This document shows, in pieces, positions 26,251-36,876 of a DNA stretch of 64,000 nt (the first letter of the stretch is position 1; each line of letters opens with the position of its first letter). Made by a program: the position numbers and the translations under genes. The notes below the pieces were generated by a model, which saw only the letters and a program-made list of their open reading frames with translations, was not told where the DNA came from and made no database searches. Source of the DNA: an uncultured Aureitalea sp. (GTDB taxonomy: Bacteria > Bacteroidota > Bacteroidia > Flavobacteriales > Flavobacteriaceae); NCBI GenBank assembly GCA_964614415.1, contig CAZTLE010000002.1, positions 4,027-68,026 on the forward strand, written 5' to 3'.

Positions 26251-27051
26251 ATGGACCTGAATAAAGCGTTCGAAACCAACAGAGAGACCTGGAATAAGAA
26301 AGTGGCGATTCATGCCGAAGGCGATTTTTACAATATGGAGGCCTTCAGGAATGGAGCTTCTTCTCTGAATGAGTTCGAGTTGAACGCCCTTGGCGATGTG
26401 AATAACAAAAGCTTACTTCATTTGCAATGTCACTTTGGACAGGACACGCTCAGTTGGAGCAGGATGGGGGCCCGATGCACCGGAATTGATATTTCTGATA
26501 AGGCCATCGCCCTGGCTAAGCAATTAAGCGGTGAACTGGACCTGGAAGCAGATTTTGTATGCTGCAATGTGCTTGACACTTCAAGGCATGTTTCTGAGAC
26601 CTTCGATATTGTGTTTACCAGTTATGGTACCATCGGTTGGCTTCCCGACCTGAAGCCCTGGGCTCAAATGATCTATGAACGTCTAAAACCCGGAGGGGTC
26701 TTCTACATTGTGGAATTCCATCCTATCGTTTGGATGTTCGATTATACCGGTTCTAAGCCGGAAATGATCTATGGATACGATCAACAAGAGGCCATTTACG
26801 AAGAATACGAAGGTACTTATGCCGATACCTCGGCCAATATAGTGAGTAAGGAATACGGCTGGAACCACGGTTTGGGAGAAGTGGTTACGACACTTACCGA
26901 AGCAGGGCTTCACATTGAGTTTCTAAAGGAGCATCCGGTTTCACCCTACAATGTTTTTCCCGGACTTGAGCAAAACGAAAAAGGGATGTACTTTCTGCCC
27001 AAAGGACTCTATCCCTTACTTTTCGAGATCAAGGCAACAAAAAACGGCTGA
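26251..27051 (+). CDS. class I SAM-dependent methyltransferase
   Basis: LLHLQCHFGQDTL...GIDIS SAM-binding motif. ATG at 26251 preferred over TTG at 26218. Confidence 0.75.
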   Translation: MDLNKAFETNRETWNKKVAIHAEGDFYNMEAFRNGASSLNEFELNALGDVNNKSLLHLQCHFGQDTLSWSRMGARCTGIDISDKAIALAKQLSGELDLEADFVCCNVLDTSRHVSETFDIVFTSYGTIGWLPDLKPWAQMIYERLKPGGVFYIVEFHPIVWMFDYTGSKPEMIYGYDQQEAIYEEYEGTYADTSANIVSKEYGWNHGLGEVVTTLTEAGLHIEFLKEHPVSPYNVFPGLEQNEKGMYFLPKGLYPLLFEIKATKNG

Positions 27052-27065
27052 TTTCTCAGCCGTTT
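27042..27065. terminator. Bidirectional hairpin terminator between convergent genes
   Basis: aaacggctga (27042-27051) pairs with tcagccgttt (27056-27065). The stop codon of the plus-strand gene lies in the stem. Confidence 0.6.
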
Positions 27066-27069
27066 CTAT

Positions 27070-27753
27070 TTAGTGTTCTGTACTGTCTTTTAACAAGTGA
27101 GGAAATTTCTTCTGAAAGCGCTTTAGGCGTGGTACCGATATGTTTTGAATATAAGGATGGTTCGGATTGCGCTTCTCAAAGTCCTGATGATAGGCTTCAC
27201 CAACCCAGAATTTCTGGAACGGTAAAACCTGAGCCGCCACTTTGTCCCCGCCCAGTTCTTCGTTGATCGCGGCAATTTTTTCCTCTATGATCTGTTTTTG
27301 CTCGTCATTCTGGTAGAAAACGATCGATCGGTACTGTGAACCGTAATCAGGTCCCTGTCCGTTTACCTGTGTCACATTTTGGGAGCCGAAATAAACATCT
27401 ACCAGATCATTAAAACTAATCACAGAGGGATCGTAGATAATCTCAACTGCTTCGGCATGTCCGGTACGTCCGGTGTTGCTGGACTGATAAGTAGGGTTCT
27501 CGGTATGTCCACCGCTGTATCCCGAAATAGATTCCTTAACGCCTTTTACACTTTCGTAGACGGCTTCAACACACCAAAAACAACCACTGGCGAAGTACGC
27601 TCTGGCATATCCGTCGGTGCTCTCAACCTGAACGGGTGTAAGTTCCTTTTGTGCCAATGCTTCGGCATCTTTATTTTTTTTGTTGGACGGTTGGCATGCT
27701 GCAGGGATTCCCGCCAGGACGGCAAGAATTAATAACACACTGTACTTTTTCAT
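27070..27753 (-). CDS. msrA: peptide-methionine (S)-S-oxide reductase MsrA with lipoprotein-type signal
   Basis: GCFWCVEAVY active-site motif. N-terminal MKKYSVLLILAVLAGIPAAC. Confidence 0.85.
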   Translation of the reverse strand: MKKYSVLLILAVLAGIPAACQPSNKKNKDAEALAQKELTPVQVESTDGYARAYFASGCFWCVEAVYESVKGVKESISGYSGGHTENPTYQSSNTGRTGHAEAVEIIYDPSVISFNDLVDVYFGSQNVTQVNGQGPDYGSQYRSIVFYQNDEQKQIIEEKIAAINEELGGDKVAAQVLPFQKFWVGEAYHQDFEKRNPNHPYIQNISVPRLKRFQKKFPHLLKDSTEH

Positions 27754-27821
27754 TTTTATCTGCAATTTATGTAGTTGGAAATTGGGTCGTGAATAGCCTT
27801 ATTTCCTTTCATAAAAATACG

Positions 27822-27847
27822 AAAAAAGCCCTCAAAAACTGAGGGCT
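27822..27847 (-). terminator. Rho-independent terminator
   Basis: agccctca (27827-27834) pairs with tgagggct (27840-27847). On the minus strand it is followed by tttttt. Confidence 0.75.
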
Positions 27848-27872
27848 TTCTATTTCGGTATATTCTGAAATT

Positions 27873-28655
27873 CTATTTCAACTTTGCAAAAAGCGTTTCC
27901 ATTTTTTCACGCTCTTCGCGTGCAAGATCGGGATCCACAAGGATACGACCACTGTGTTCATCGGTAATGATCTTCTTGCGAGCTGCGATCTCCATCTGAA
28001 CTTGTGGTGGGATGGTAAAGAATGAACCTCCGGAAGCACCACGTTCAACGGCCACTACTGCGAGTCCGTTCTTAACGTTAGAACGAATGCGCTTGTAGGC
28101 ATTTACCAAACGCTCTTCGATCTTCTTCTCGTAGTTAGTAGATTCTTTGATGAGTGATTGCTCCTCTTTATCCGTTTCAGCCAGGATCTCATCCAGTTCG
28201 CTGCGCTTGTGCTTTAGGTGCTCTTCGCGCTCCTTGAGACGGTCTTTGGTTTCTTCGATCACCTGGTTCTTCTGTTCGATCTGTGCTTTGAATTCCTTTA
28301 TGTGCTTTTCAGCCAATTGAATTTCAAGCTCCTGATATTCGATCTCTTTGCTCAACGAGTTGTATTCGCGGTTGTTCCGCACATTGTCTTGCTGAGAAGT
28401 ATATTTCTTGATAAGCCCTTTGGCCTCTTCGATCAGGTTTTTCTTATCCTTGATATTGTCTTCAATAACTTCGAGGTCGGTATTGAGTTTTTCAAGGCGG
28501 GTGTTCATTCCGGCAACTTCATCTTCCAGGTCCTCCACTTCCAAAGGAAGCTCACCACGTACGTTTCGTATTTCATCAATACGGGAGTCAATCAATTGAA
28601 GATCAAACAGCGCCCTTAGTTTCTCTTCGATTGTTATTTCTTTTTTTGCAGCCAT
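27873..28655 (-). CDS. coiled-coil protein of the COG1579/DUF164 (zinc-ribbon) family with a Cys-less C-terminal ribbon
   Basis: N-terminal LRALFDLQLIDSRIDEI and a long coiled coil. The C-terminal GASGGSF...DEHSGRIL sits where I expect GACGGCF...CxxCGRIL. Confidence 0.65.
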   Translation of the reverse strand: MAAKKEITIEEKLRALFDLQLIDSRIDEIRNVRGELPLEVEDLEDEVAGMNTRLEKLNTDLEVIEDNIKDKKNLIEEAKGLIKKYTSQQDNVRNNREYNSLSKEIEYQELEIQLAEKHIKEFKAQIEQKNQVIEETKDRLKEREEHLKHKRSELDEILAETDKEEQSLIKESTNYEKKIEERLVNAYKRIRSNVKNGLAVVAVERGASGGSFFTIPPQVQMEIAARKKIITDEHSGRILVDPDLAREEREKMETLFAKLK

Positions 28656-28658
28656 AGG

Positions 28659-29774
28659 TTACAAATATGTAATAGGATTGGTGTTTATTCGCGATAAAAC
28701 GACCTTACTTCCCGGTAAGGCAGGTGCAAAATTAGTGATTTTTTCCTTAAGGAAGGAAACTAACAGGTCTTTTGTGTACTGCTCGCTCTCATAATGACCA
28801 ATGTCGGTCAATAAAATCGTGTTTTCGGCCCTAAAAAAATCATGGTATTTGAGGTCTGAAGTCACATAGGCAGCCGCACCGGCACCGATGGCCGCTCCAA
28901 TGGCAAAGCTACCGCTGCCGCCAAGTACCGCTACTTTCGAGATCTCCTTACCCAGTAATTGTGAGTGTCGCACACATCCCGCCTGCATGGTCTTCTTGAC
29001 AAATTGGAGGAAGTCTTCCTCTTTCATAGGGGATTCCAACGTCCCGATCATTCCCATGCCTATATGCTGATTCGTATTTTCGAGGGTGGTAACTTCATAG
29101 GCTACTTCTTCGTACGGATGTGCTTTGAACAAGGCGTTAAGCACGTTGCTTTTCAGGTGTTTCCGGAAAGTGACACCTATTTGTACCTCTTCTTCGTAAT
29201 GCGTAGTGCCGGCTTCACCGATAGTAGGGTTGGAGTCTTCATTTCCTTCAAAGCTGCCCAAACCCTCAATATTGAAGCTGCAATTTTGGTAGTTGCCTAT
29301 ATTTCCGGCTCCGGCATCGAACAGTGCCTGTCTTACCGAAGCGGCACTATCCTTGGGTGCAAAGGTGATGAGCTTTTGAATGGTCCCGGGCTTGGTGATA
29401 AGCACAGACCGATTGGTAAGCCCGAGCTTCTCACAGATCATGGCATTCACCCCGTTCCACGCGTTGTCGAGAGCTGTATGAATAGCGAATATGGAAATGT
29501 CGTGCTTGATGGCCTTGGCTACCACGCGCTCAACGTAGGTCTTGCCCGTAATCTTTTTGAGTCCTGAGAAGATAATGGGGTGAAAGCTCACTATGAGATT
29601 GCAGCCTTCGGAAATGGCTTCATCAACGACCGACTCCAGCGTATCAAGCGTAACCAATATCCCGGTTACTTCCTGCTGAGCATCACCCACCAGAAGGCCT
29701 GTGTTATCAAAATCTTCGGAATAGGAAAGCGGAGCTAGTTCCTCCAACAATTGCATGACCTCTCGTACCTTCAT
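28659..29774 (-). CDS. Nif3-like dinuclear metal centre protein (YbgI/GTP cyclohydrolase 1 type 2 family)
   Basis: DFDNTGLLVG, SFHPIIF and HTALD motifs. Start taken at MKVREVMQLLE (29774). Confidence 0.8.
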   Translation of the reverse strand: MKVREVMQLLEELAPLSYSEDFDNTGLLVGDAQQEVTGILVTLDTLESVVDEAISEGCNLIVSFHPIIFSGLKKITGKTYVERVVAKAIKHDISIFAIHTALDNAWNGVNAMICEKLGLTNRSVLITKPGTIQKLITFAPKDSAASVRQALFDAGAGNIGNYQNCSFNIEGLGSFEGNEDSNPTIGEAGTTHYEEEVQIGVTFRKHLKSNVLNALFKAHPYEEVAYEVTTLENTNQHIGMGMIGTLESPMKEEDFLQFVKKTMQAGCVRHSQLLGKEISKVAVLGGSGSFAIGAAIGAGAAAYVTSDLKYHDFFRAENTILLTDIGHYESEQYTKDLLVSFLKEKITNFAPALPGSKVVLSRINTNPITYL

Positions 29775-29876
29775 GGATTGTATTTTGGGGTAAAGATAGT
29801 AGTTTATCAATTTTATGTGCATCTTTGACCGTGCCCAGAGGCCCGTGACGTGGATCGAATTTTATACTTTCGCGAT

Positions 29877-30881
29877 ATGCCCGACTTCCGTAAGCTCCTG
29901 TTTCCCTTTTCCGTTTTGTACGACGGAATAACGGCACTGCGTAATTATGCATATGATAATGGCATCCTGTCCAGTACGTCATATGACGTTCCGGTAATCT
30001 GTGTTGGGAATCTTTCCGTGGGCGGTACCGGTAAATCTCCCATGATCGAATATCTGGTTAATCTCCTGAAGCAAGACCACAAAGTAGCTGTTCTAAGCAG
30101 GGGGTATGGTCGTAAGACAAGCGGTTATCTCGAGGTGAAAACCGATCATACCGCCAGAGAGGTTGGAGACGAGCCGTTGCAAATCAAACGGAATTTTCCC
30201 AAGGTCATGGTTGCCGTTTGCGGGGATCGCCGACAGGGCATAGAAAGACTCAAACCAAATGCGGATATAATTCTTTTGGATGATGCCTTCCAGCATCGGC
30301 GTGTTGCGGCTTCTCTGAATATACTTCTTACCAGCTATCACAACCTGTTCATCAACGATCTGCTTCTTCCTGCCGGAAATCTGAGGGAATCTCGCAAGGG
30401 AATGAAGAGAGCCGATTGCATTGTGGTGACCAAGTGTCCGGAGGGAGTGGCCTATGCCAAACTTCAGGAAATACAACTGGCATTGCGCATTCAGTCGCAT
30501 CAAAGAATTTATTTTTCGAAAATAGGTTACGATTCACTGATATACGGTATTTCAGAAACACAGCCACTGGATTACCTCCTGGACAAACCGTTTACCCTCG
30601 TTACCGGAATTGCTAATCCCAAACCCCTGGTGGAGTTCTTAAAGGGAAAACACTTCAGGTTCGATCATATGAAATTTCAGGACCACCACTCCTTCTCTGA
30701 TTCAGAAATAGAAAAGATGAAGGAAAAGGACATCATTCTTACCACCCAGAAAGACTTTATGCGATTAAAGGACCGATTGGAAAAGTTTGCTTTCTACTAC
30801 CTGCCGATAAAAACCATTGTTCTGAACAGGCAGGAGCCTTTCTTTCAAAAGTATATTTTAGAAAAGATTGAGGAGCACTAA
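29877..30881 (+). CDS. lpxK: tetraacyldisaccharide 4'-kinase
   Basis: GNLSVGGTGKSP P-loop and SRGYGRK motif. Confidence 0.85.
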   Translation: MPDFRKLLFPFSVLYDGITALRNYAYDNGILSSTSYDVPVICVGNLSVGGTGKSPMIEYLVNLLKQDHKVAVLSRGYGRKTSGYLEVKTDHTAREVGDEPLQIKRNFPKVMVAVCGDRRQGIERLKPNADIILLDDAFQHRRVAASLNILLTSYHNLFINDLLLPAGNLRESRKGMKRADCIVVTKCPEGVAYAKLQEIQLALRIQSHQRIYFSKIGYDSLIYGISETQPLDYLLDKPFTLVTGIANPKPLVEFLKGKHFRFDHMKFQDHHSFSDSEIEKMKEKDIILTTQKDFMRLKDRLEKFAFYYLPIKTIVLNRQEPFFQKYILEKIEEH

Positions 30882-33139
30882 TTGCTCACGGGAAGTTTCC
30901 GGTTCTCGAGCGTACGATAGATCTTCTCGAAGAACTCTTCTGTTTTGAAGGGCTTTGGAATGATCTCATTGAAACCGGCACGGTAGAAATCGTCCAGATT
31001 CTCATCAATGGTAACCGCGGTAAGAGCGATGATAGGTATTTGTTTGTCGAATTCTCTGATCTTCTGTGTCGCCTGAATACCACTAATACCGGGCATGTGG
31101 ATGTCCATCAGGATCACATCGAAGGTGTGCTCCTTCACCAGCTTGATGGCGTCCATTCCATTATCGGCCACCATACACTTCATTTTGTTCTTCTCGAGGA
31201 TCTTCTTGGTGATCATCTGGTTGATCTTGTTATCCTCTACGATGAGTATATTTCTGTTTTCAAGCGCTACGTAATCAACGTCATAGATGATGTTTCTCGG
31301 ATTTTTATCCTCTACAAACTCTTCGGAAATATCAAAAGTTATGTCAAACCAAAACTTGGAACCTTTGCCCAGCTGACTCTCCAAATGAATTCTACTGCCC
31401 ATGAGTTCCAAAAGGTTCTTAACGATGGACAACCCAAGACCGGTACCTCCGAACTTGCGATTGATCTGCAACGACGCTTGTGAGAAAGTTTCGAAAATAC
31501 TCTTTTGCTTCTTCTTGGAAATTCCTACGCCGTTGTCCTCTATTTCAAAATGTAGCTTCACTTTGTTGTGCGACTGATCGATGTTTCGCACCCGGACATA
31601 CACGTCACCGTTCTGAGTAAACTTCACCGAATTTCCAACCAGGTTGATCAGAATCTGGGACAGTTTCAACGGGTCACCTACCAGTTTGTCAGGTATGGTT
31701 TCGTCAAATTCGAAATGCAGGTTGTTCTTTCGATCTTCGGCAGACTTTCGCAAGGCGATAAGTACGTCGTTGATACGTTTCTTAAGTACGAAGGTCGTTT
31801 TCTCGACTTCTACCTTGTTGGCCTCAAGTTTGTTGAGGTCAAGAATGTTATTGATAAGCGAAAGCAGGTATTCTCCGGAAAACTTCAAGGAGTTTAAGTG
31901 CTCTTTCTGATCCGGTTTAGGATTCTCCTCCAGTAACAGGTGCGTAAGCCCTGTTACCGCGTACAGTGGCGTTCGAAGTTCGTGTGTGATCGTAGATAAA
32001 AACTGCGCCTTGGCGAGAGATGCCTTTTCCGCTTTTTCCTTGGCCAACTGCAGTTCGTTATTCTTATCCTGCAACAGCTCGTTTGCCTTGGCTCGCAGGT
32101 TGTTGTTTTTGTATAATGACAGGGTAAGCAGTGACAGAATAACAATAAGGGCGATACTCAGCCCGGTAGTCATCTTACCGAAGTTGATAGACTTCTGTTT
32201 CTTATCAATATCTTCCTTCTGCTCTTCGATGATATTGTTCAGATCTACGATACTCGCTTCGGCTTCGACACCGGTAGAAATAGCCTCAACATATACCTGA
32301 TAGAGCGAATCGCGTTTCTTTTCGTACGTCTCAATTAGAGTCTGGGCTTCTCCGAAATTATTGGAGCGTAAAGCGATATGCGAAGCAATACGGTAACTGT
32401 CTATCTTCAGGCGATCGTAACCGTTGAGGTCAATAATGCGGGTCGCATCATCCAATGCACGTTTCGCCTGTCCCAGGGAATTTGGAGTTTGCGACTGATC
32501 CAAATGAAGAATGGCCTCTGCTTTGTTGAGCAATGTAAGGGCCTCCTGACGGGTTAATTCGTAGGTCTGGAATAGTGGGATGGCGGCATCGAAATAATTG
32601 ACAGCGGTTTTGTAATTCTGTCTTTTCAGTTCGAGGATTCCAAGCCCCTGTATCACATTAGCCCGATTCCGGTCATCGTTGAGATCGGTGAAAATCCGGT
32701 CTGCGTCTTTCAGATGCTTTTCGGCTCCCTCGAGATCTTCGGTTTGCGTAAGCAATAATCCGTATAGGGTATATGCTTCGCCCAGTTTCTTAGGATCTTT
32801 AAGCTCTTTTATAGCCGCAATGGCTTTTTCGGTTTCCGAAGTTGCCTTATCGTAGTTCTGAAGGATAAAATGCAGTTCGGCGAAATCCAATTGAACTTCG
32901 GTGCTTAAGATCGGGTCTCTAAGGTCTGAGGAAAGGTTGTGCGCTTTATTAAGTGCAACGATCGCATCGTTAAAATTCTGAACAGCGATGGATGACTTAG
33001 CCTCGGTTCTAAATGTCTGAATATCGGCAATAGAATCTCTCCTGGTTTGTTGCGCAAAAATGCCTGAAAAAGACAAAACGCTCACCAGAAGGAGAATAAC
33101 AATTTTATATTTAATGGGGGCTAAATTCATCATTCCCAT
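30878..33139 (-). CDS. hybrid sensor histidine kinase/response regulator with N-terminal TPR repeats
   Basis: Signal/TM, TPR-like repeats, TM, H-box THELRTPL, HATPase_c (GTGLGLSIV), and a C-terminal REC domain (ILIVEDN, DIHMPGISG). Confidence 0.85.
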   Translation of the reverse strand: MGMMNLAPIKYKIVILLLVSVLSFSGIFAQQTRRDSIADIQTFRTEAKSSIAVQNFNDAIVALNKAHNLSSDLRDPILSTEVQLDFAELHFILQNYDKATSETEKAIAAIKELKDPKKLGEAYTLYGLLLTQTEDLEGAEKHLKDADRIFTDLNDDRNRANVIQGLGILELKRQNYKTAVNYFDAAIPLFQTYELTRQEALTLLNKAEAILHLDQSQTPNSLGQAKRALDDATRIIDLNGYDRLKIDSYRIASHIALRSNNFGEAQTLIETYEKKRDSLYQVYVEAISTGVEAEASIVDLNNIIEEQKEDIDKKQKSINFGKMTTGLSIALIVILSLLTLSLYKNNNLRAKANELLQDKNNELQLAKEKAEKASLAKAQFLSTITHELRTPLYAVTGLTHLLLEENPKPDQKEHLNSLKFSGEYLLSLINNILDLNKLEANKVEVEKTTFVLKKRINDVLIALRKSAEDRKNNLHFEFDETIPDKLVGDPLKLSQILINLVGNSVKFTQNGDVYVRVRNIDQSHNKVKLHFEIEDNGVGISKKKQKSIFETFSQASLQINRKFGGTGLGLSIVKNLLELMGSRIHLESQLGKGSKFWFDITFDISEEFVEDKNPRNIIYDVDYVALENRNILIVEDNKINQMITKKILEKNKMKCMVADNGMDAIKLVKEHTFDVILMDIHMPGISGIQATQKIREFDKQIPIIALTAVTIDENLDDFYRAGFNEIIPKPFKTEEFFEKIYRTLENRKLPVSN

Positions 33140-33175
33140 GTACTTCGGCGATAAATATAGTCATTTCCTCGATAT

Positions 33176-34171
33176 TTACCGGGATAATTGTAGGATTAAA
33201 TCTACAACTCTGGAGGAATATCCGATCTCATTATCGTACCAGCCAATGATCTTAACCATCCTTCCAATTACCGATGTCATACCCGCGTCGAAGATGCAGG
33301 AGTTGGGATTGCCTACAATATCGATCGAAACAATGGGATCCTCGGTATATTGCAAAATACCCTTAAATCGGCCGGAAGCCGCTTCTCTAAAGGCATCATT
33401 AACCGTTTGGATATCAACATCCTTCTTTACGTTAAAAGTGATATCCGTGAGCGATCCGTTGGGTACCGGAACCCGAATACCGCAACCCCCAATTACCGAG
33501 GCCAGATCGGGGAAAATTTTGGTAAGAGCTTTGGCAGCACCGGTAGTGGTGGGGACTATGGACTGACTGGCCGCCCGGGCCCGCCTGAGATCCCTATGGG
33601 GCTGGTCATGTAAGCTCTGATCGGTCGTATACGAGTGAATGGTCGTGATGTACGCCTGTTCAATCCCACAAAGATCGTCGATGATCTTTAGCATGGGTGC
33701 CGCATTGTTGGTGGTACACGAAGCGTTGGAAACGATCCGATCGTCTGGCGTGAGTATGTGGTCGTTTACGCCTAATACCACAGTTTTAACGGAATCATCC
33801 AGAGGTGGGACCGATAGAATGACATGGGATACGTCATTTTTCAGGTGTGCTTGCAGATCGGTTTTGGTTTTGAATTTTCCGGTACATTCAACTACCAGAT
33901 CCACACCTTCCCAGGGAATGTTGGCGATGTCCTTTTCCGAAGAAAAACGAACAGACCGACCGTCAACGTAAATTTCCGTTTCCGAATAGGAGATTTCGGC
34001 ATCTAATACCCCATGAATACTGTCGTATTTAAGCAAATGGCTCATAGTCCGGGTATCGGAAATATCGTTGATGGCTACAACGTCAATCTCCGGCTGATCC
34101 CTTAGCAATCTGAAGAGATTACGGCCTATTCGGCCAAATCCGTTGATGCCGACTCTTACGGGGGTGCTCAT
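33176..34171 (-). CDS. gap: type I glyceraldehyde-3-phosphate dehydrogenase
   Basis: INGFGRIGRN and SNASCTTN motifs. Confidence 0.9.
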   Translation of the reverse strand: MSTPVRVGINGFGRIGRNLFRLLRDQPEIDVVAINDISDTRTMSHLLKYDSIHGVLDAEISYSETEIYVDGRSVRFSSEKDIANIPWEGVDLVVECTGKFKTKTDLQAHLKNDVSHVILSVPPLDDSVKTVVLGVNDHILTPDDRIVSNASCTTNNAAPMLKIIDDLCGIEQAYITTIHSYTTDQSLHDQPHRDLRRARAASQSIVPTTTGAAKALTKIFPDLASVIGGCGIRVPVPNGSLTDITFNVKKDVDIQTVNDAFREAASGRFKGILQYTEDPIVSIDIVGNPNSCIFDAGMTSVIGRMVKIIGWYDNEIGYSSRVVDLILQLSR

Positions 34172-34186
34172 ACGATTCCGAAGGAA

Positions 34187-35059
34187 TTAAGTGAGGTGTT
34201 TTTGTGCATGATAGGAAGATCGCACAAGGGCGCCACTTTCCACATGTCGGAAGCCCATTTCCAAACCAATCTTTTCGTATTTCTTGAACTGATCGGGTTC
34301 TATGAATTCCTTTACCGGGAGATGCCTCTTGGAAGGTTGCAGGTACTGACCAATGGTCACGATATCAAGGCCCACACCCCTCAGATCCTCCATAGTTTGC
34401 AATACTTCGTCCTCTGTCTCACCCAAGCCAAGCATGATACCGCTCTTGGTGCGCTCTATGCCCTGTTCCTTCAAGTATCGCAATACGTCCAGGCTACGTT
34501 CGTATTTCGCCTGAATTCGAACCTCCCGGGTAAGCCGCTTTACGGTTTCCATATTATGGGAGACTACTTCAGGTTTTACTTCGATAATACGATCAATATT
34601 TCTGGTAACACCTTGAAAATCGGGGATCAGGGTTTCCAGGGTTGTTTCGGGATTCATACGTCGGATCGCCTTAACAGTTTCGGCCCAGATAATGGAACCC
34701 ATATCCTTAAGATCATCGCGATCTACCGAGGTTACCACGGCATGCTTGATATTCATGATCTTGATAGAACGGGCTACTTTTTCAGGTTCATCCCAATCTA
34801 CTGTTTCGGGACGCCCCGTTTTTACACCACAAAAACCACAGGAACGCGTACAGATATTTCCCAGGATCATGAAGGTAGCGGTACCTTCTGTCCAGCATTC
34901 GCCCATATTAGGGCAGCTTCCCGAGGTACAAATGGTGTGAAGATTGTATTTGTCAACCAGACCGCGAAGCTCGGTATACTTCTTTCCCGTAGGTAGCTTC
35001 ACCCTAAGCCACTTAGGCTTGGGAGCCGGTTTTTGGATCGTTGCTGTCTGTGCTTCCAT
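34187..35059 (-). CDS. lipA: lipoyl synthase
   Basis: CPNMGEC and CTRSCGFC Fe-S cluster motifs. Confidence 0.9.
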   Translation of the reverse strand: MEAQTATIQKPAPKPKWLRVKLPTGKKYTELRGLVDKYNLHTICTSGSCPNMGECWTEGTATFMILGNICTRSCGFCGVKTGRPETVDWDEPEKVARSIKIMNIKHAVVTSVDRDDLKDMGSIIWAETVKAIRRMNPETTLETLIPDFQGVTRNIDRIIEVKPEVVSHNMETVKRLTREVRIQAKYERSLDVLRYLKEQGIERTKSGIMLGLGETEDEVLQTMEDLRGVGLDIVTIGQYLQPSKRHLPVKEFIEPDQFKKYEKIGLEMGFRHVESGALVRSSYHAQKHLT

Positions 35060-35096
35060 AGCGAATACAAAAGTACGAAGAATCCGTAAAATTCAA

Positions 35097-36305
35097 CTAT
35101 AAAGTGGTGAGATACCAAATACTGAATGCCACTAATACAAGTATGCTTACCAGGCTGTAGATTGTCATGGATTTAGAGGGTCGTGCTTCTTTGGGAGTGT
35201 GCTTGCTCGTGAGCAACTTATAACTTATGATGGCATAGAATGGTGCCGTTAAGAACGAAAGTATCGTAGCGATCTTTATGAGGAGTCCCATTTCAGATAC
35301 AAAAAAGAAAAATATAGACAATGTTCCGGCTACGAGTATGAGCAGCCAAATAAGATATCCCCGACGCACCGGACGGTCGAATAGAATTTCGGTAGTGCGA
35401 TGCATAACTCTTGGGGAGGCGTCCAACGTGGTTAGCGTGGTGCTGAACATAGTGGTTAGTGCAGCGATACCAATGATGATCTTGGTGCCTTCTCCCAAAC
35501 TGAATGTGTACATGGAAATGAGCTGATTGGCGAAAACCGCACCTGCATTCGAAAAGCGCTCTCCACTGCCAAACATGACCAGCGCTCCCAGGGATACAAA
35601 ACCGATTCCGAGCACTATAGTTGTGATATATCCTACGTTGAAGTCGAATCGCGATTGCTTTGGGGAAACCGTAGGATCCAGTTTTTTCTTTTCCACAGTC
35701 CAGATGGAATGCCATATGGAAATGTCGAGAGGTGCCGGCATCCAACCCATAAAGGCAATTAAAAAAGCAACGGCACCCACTTCTGTGGGGAATACCGGTT
35801 TCAGACTCCCACCATGGCCGGGTCCCACGGCCATTATTACTGCAATAATGGTACTAACGGTAAGGGAAAGCACAATAATCTTCATGAGCGAGTCCAGAAT
35901 CTTATAACGACCAATGACGAGTACGGTAAAACAAATGCCCGTTACTATAGCTGTCCAAAGGACTTCGGTGCCCACGCCGAACAATGAAGTTGCAATCCCG
36001 GCAGTAACAATGGTAACCGCCGTTTGGATCGTAAACATTGTGGCAAAGGTGATTACATAATAGGCCGCAAGCACTCCTTTTCCCATTTTACGATATCCTT
36101 CCAGCAGACTTTCGCCTGTTGCACTCGCGTAACGAGGCCCAAACTCAAAAAAGGGATACTTTACTGCGTTGATAAGCAACAAAGCCCATAGCAACCCGAA
36201 TCCGAAATCGGCACCTGCCCGTGTGGATTGTACCAGGTGAGAGACCCCTATGGCGGCTCCGGCAAACAGGAATCCCGGACCTAATTTTTTAAAAGTGGAA
36301 AGCAC
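35097..36305 (-). CDS. Nramp family divalent metal cation transporter
   Basis: LGPGFLFAGAAIGVSHLVQSTRAGA N-terminal motif, about 11 TM, 402 aa. Confidence 0.75.
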   Translation of the reverse strand: MLSTFKKLGPGFLFAGAAIGVSHLVQSTRAGADFGFGLLWALLLINAVKYPFFEFGPRYASATGESLLEGYRKMGKGVLAAYYVITFATMFTIQTAVTIVTAGIATSLFGVGTEVLWTAIVTGICFTVLVIGRYKILDSLMKIIVLSLTVSTIIAVIMAVGPGHGGSLKPVFPTEVGAVAFLIAFMGWMPAPLDISIWHSIWTVEKKKLDPTVSPKQSRFDFNVGYITTIVLGIGFVSLGALVMFGSGERFSNAGAVFANQLISMYTFSLGEGTKIIIGIAALTTMFSTTLTTLDASPRVMHRTTEILFDRPVRRGYLIWLLILVAGTLSIFFFFVSEMGLLIKIATILSFLTAPFYAIISYKLLTSKHTPKEARPSKSMTIYSLVSILVLVAFSIWYLTTL

Positions 36306-36306
36306 G

Positions 36307-36876
36307 TCAGGACTTTTTTTGATTAATGATCTCGGCCAACAGCTTTTTGGCGCGTAGCAACCTTACTTTTACATTGTTCAAAGGCTCTTTTAAGGTTTCG
36401 GAGATCTCGTTGTAACTCATTTCGTGAAAATACCTAAGGTTGATCACCTCCTGGTAAGGTGGCTTGAGTTGTTTGATAAAACGCAACAGCTCGGCCAGAT
36501 TCTGTTCCGTAATAAGCTTGTCTTCCGGGGTAGGGGCATGATCGGCAATTCTATTGACATGTTCTTCGGATGCGTCGGTAGTCAGGGAAAAGATAGAGGC
36601 ATTTCGCTTGCGCGACTTATCGATTTGAATGTTCTTCGAAATGGTGATCAGCCAGGTACTGAAGGTATATTTTTCATTGAAGGAATCGATTTTATCAAAG
36701 GCCTTCGAGAAGGTCTCAATAGTGATATCCTCGGCTTCATACTCATCTTTAACCCGTTTTAACTGAAATAGATAGACGTCTCCCCAAAAATGGTCCAGCA
36801 AGAAATTAAAAGCACTCTGTCTGCCTTTTCTCGCTTCTCGTATTTGATTTTGAATTTCTTCTCCGGTTACTTCCAA
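36307..36876 (-). CDS. RNA polymerase sigma-70 family (ECF-type) sigma factor
   Basis: Region 2 (FSTWLITISKNIQID) and region 4 (EVINLRYFHEMSYNEISETL). Start proposed at TTG 36876 (overlap TTGGAAGTAA with the upstream stop). The ATG at 36945 would overlap the GT2 gene by 79 nt. Confidence 0.7.
   Translation of the reverse strand: MEVTGEEIQNQIREARKGRQSAFNFLLDHFWGDVYLFQLKRVKDEYEAEDITIETFSKAFDKIDSFNEKYTFSTWLITISKNIQIDKSRKRNASIFSLTTDASEEHVNRIADHAPTPEDKLITEQNLAELLRFIKQLKPPYQEVINLRYFHEMSYNEISETLKEPLNNVKVRLLRAKKLLAEIINQKKS

Noticed and set aside
33060-33566. 168 aa plus-strand ORF spanning the hybrid kinase start and the gap 3' end
   Set aside because: It crosses an intergenic boundary, antisense to two well-supported genes, so it is a shadow ORF.
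34196-34996. 266 aa ORF on the plus strand, antisense to lipA
   Set aside because: It lies entirely within lipA, which carries unmistakable radical-SAM and Fe-S motifs. The antisense product has no motif and an odd composition, so it is a shadow ORF.
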